In this document: positions 63,035 to 64,000 of the stretch, piece by piece | How the letters are laid out: each line of letters begins with the position of its first letter | Position numbering within the stretch: the first letter of the stretch is position 1 | DNA from: Amoebophrya sp. A120 | Taxonomy: Eukaryota > Protista > Dinoflagellata | Direction of reading: 5' to 3' | DNA: 64,000 nt | NCBI GenBank assembly: GCA_905178155.1 | Contig: CAJINV010000001.1 | Location: 2,097,904-2,161,903, forward strand | Translations under genes and position numbers: made by a program | Notes under the pieces: model-generated | Told to the model about the DNA's origin: nothing | Databases searched by the model: none | The model's input: only the letters and a program-made list of their open reading frames with translations

Positions 63035-64000
63035 TTCCTACTGTACTACTACTAGAACTAGAAGTAGAAATTACTATACCAGCTCTGTCCTTTGCAGCAG
63101 CATGTGTTTTGATATCACGATGTGGAGGCTCTTGCTGACGACGGAGAGATTTTTCACGTTGTGCCAGTCTCGGTATAGGACGACCTTTTCCCTTCCTTTC
63201 TTTGGCGCGTACACCGGATCTATGAGGAAGGCGAGAAACTGTTCGTTTTTGGTGGAAAAGAAAAAGTGGAAAGGTGTATGTGAAGAAGAAATGAAAAATA
63301 ACGACCGTGTTGAAGCTTAGAGCGACTAGAACTTCTACCAGAAGAACCAACTAGCTAGGCTACACGCAATATTCTTACGTGAAAAACGTATACAGAAATT
63401 TTCAAAAAATATTTCTACACCACTTTGACTTTGCATTCTCATTCATCCAACTGTATATCATACCAGCTCCAGGTTTTTTGCCACGACCTTCCTTAATGAA
63501 GGTGGGTCCTCCGGGACCGCCTCTTCATCCGTCTGGGGCGCTGGCCCCAGACTCGGTGTCGGATCCGCCATGTAGTTGGGCTCAAATCTAATCTGCACCG
63601 TGGTCATGATAGCAAAGTTATTTTGAATGGGTTTGATAATTGATTTTTCGCAGGAATCAAGGCGGACAGCAGAAGTGGTAAGAGACCACAAAAGTAGGCG
63701 TTTAATGCTGCAACTCAGAGCAGGGTTGTATTACTTACCCGTTGATGTACCTCTACAGTATGTTACTGCTCATCAAACCGGGGCACGACTCTGGCTGCAC
63801 TTTGCTACTCTAAATTCAGCCTTCTTTGGTACTTGTCACACTTCATCTCGCAGTAAGCAGCACCTCGTGTCCTTGCATTGACGTTCAACGTTGGAAAATG
63901 TAGGTATTTCCAAGTGGTGTTTGTGTTTCACGAAAAGTGGACCTGTTTCATCACCAGAGAACAGCAAAATGTGCTCATCAGACAACGGAAGTGAAACGAC

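Noticed and set aside
18062-63138. Long plus-strand ORFs (for example 20856-21845, 51901-52689, 55182-55913)
   Set aside because: They are antisense shadows of GC-rich minus-strand genes and carry no recognisable motifs.
1-64000. Autonomous transposase, tRNA, rRNA or snRNA genes
   Set aside because: None were recognisable by eye. A covariance-model or HMM search would be needed to exclude them.

Overview
Eukaryotic nuclear DNA. All of the roughly 14 recognisable genes lie on the minus strand. Their coding exons are interrupted by at least 25 short elements (111-316 bp) with terminal inverted repeats (TIRs). Nearly all begin TAT and end ATA and sit between 5-bp direct repeats (target-site duplications, TSDs). 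Removing an element plus one repeat restores the reading frame in every case I traced by hand. This matches the non-canonical 'introner' architecture described for the parasitic dinoflagellate Amoebophrya (Syndiniales); the taxon is inferred, not proven. Recognisable genes: a PIERCE1/C9orf116-like ciliary protein, SSRP1, V-ATPase subunit H, a class-3 aldehyde dehydrogenase, a RING protein and a giant coiled-coil protein with a SAP domain. An unusual island at about 13.4-25.6 kb holds a 1-kb array of nested palindromes. It also holds a ~1600-aa DEDDh exonuclease whose three catalytic motifs are spread over ~4.7 kb, bracketed by two ~140-bp structured direct repeats. Coordinates were read by eye and may be off by a few bases.
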